Source: Sphaerodactylus townsendi (lineage: Eukaryota). From it: 64,000 nt of DNA. The notes beneath the pieces are model-generated. The model was not told the origin of the DNA. It searched no databases and saw only the letters and a program-made list of their open reading frames with translations. Shown here one piece after another: positions 63,459 to 64,000 of the stretch. Where the stretch lies: positions 84,444,001 through 84,508,000 of the forward strand of contig NC_059431.1 in the NCBI RefSeq assembly GCF_021028975.2, given 5' to 3'. The first letter of the stretch is position 1. Every line of letters starts with the position of its first letter. Position numbers and translations under genes: made by a program.

Positions 63459-64000
63459 TTTTATCCCACTATCCCTCACCGTAGCAAGCCCAGAGCAGCT
63501 CACAAAGTATAAAAACAATAAAATTATAATACATAAAATTATAATAAACAATAATAAACTAAAACATATAAAGATGGTGTCTAGTCCAACCAAGGATAGA
63601 ATGGCTCAGAAAGTTTCTAACCCTGTATCCTAAAACAAATTCAACAAGGAAAATAAAGGGAGGCCAGCTAAGATGGAAACATACCAAACCAATGAAGACT
63701 CCTGTATTGTGACTAACTGACACAGAAGGATTTCCAAAGGCACATCATCTTCTATCACTGTCAAGTGTTGAGGGAGAAAGTATACTTGCTGACCATCCCC
63801 CTGGTGTGTCAGGAGCAAGAGCATCCTTTCAAGCAAAATGCTGCCAATCCCATCAGGACTTTCTAAAGGAAAGTCCACATTAGCTCAGCAATATGGGAAG
63901 GAACAACAAAAGAAAATATTCTGATTCTACAGCATCTGCAACAGAACTAGAGGGTGCTAACAGCACATTGGAGAGCAGGTCTGGTTGGCAGCACTCTGTT

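Overview
Vertebrate genomic DNA from a squamate reptile, probably a gecko judging by its repeat families. The window holds the 5' part of MPDZ (MUPP1, multiple PDZ domain protein) on the minus strand. Nine coding exons can be resolved to the base (exons 2-10, 1296 nt, 432 codons: L27 domain, PDZ1, PDZ2 and most of PDZ3). A CpG island with a likely non-coding exon 1 lies at about 38.6-40.0 kb, and the gene runs off the left edge. The remaining ~24 kb on the right is upstream intergenic DNA with no protein-coding gene I can support. Introns and upstream DNA carry many transposable elements: PIF/Harbinger-like palindromic MITEs with 3-bp TSDs, hAT elements with 8-bp TSDs (one with transposase remnants), a Tc1/mariner (Tc2/pogo-type) element, tRNA- and 5S-derived SINEs, L2, CR1 and Penelope fragments, and three 3' ends of a CCHC-bearing LINE. 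The most notable object is a TSD-bounded L1 that keeps its 5'UTR, ORF1 and 3'UTR but has ORF2 collapsed by an in-frame internal deletion (a candidate HAL1-like non-autonomous element). Other candidates are a 29-nt poison exon after the L27 exon, a stop-free 231-nt exon 2-3 circle, and a Gly-to-Arg change in the PDZ1 'ING' turn. Family names and human comparisons come from recall and motif recognition, not database searches. I see no firmly demonstrable new biological system, only testable candidates.
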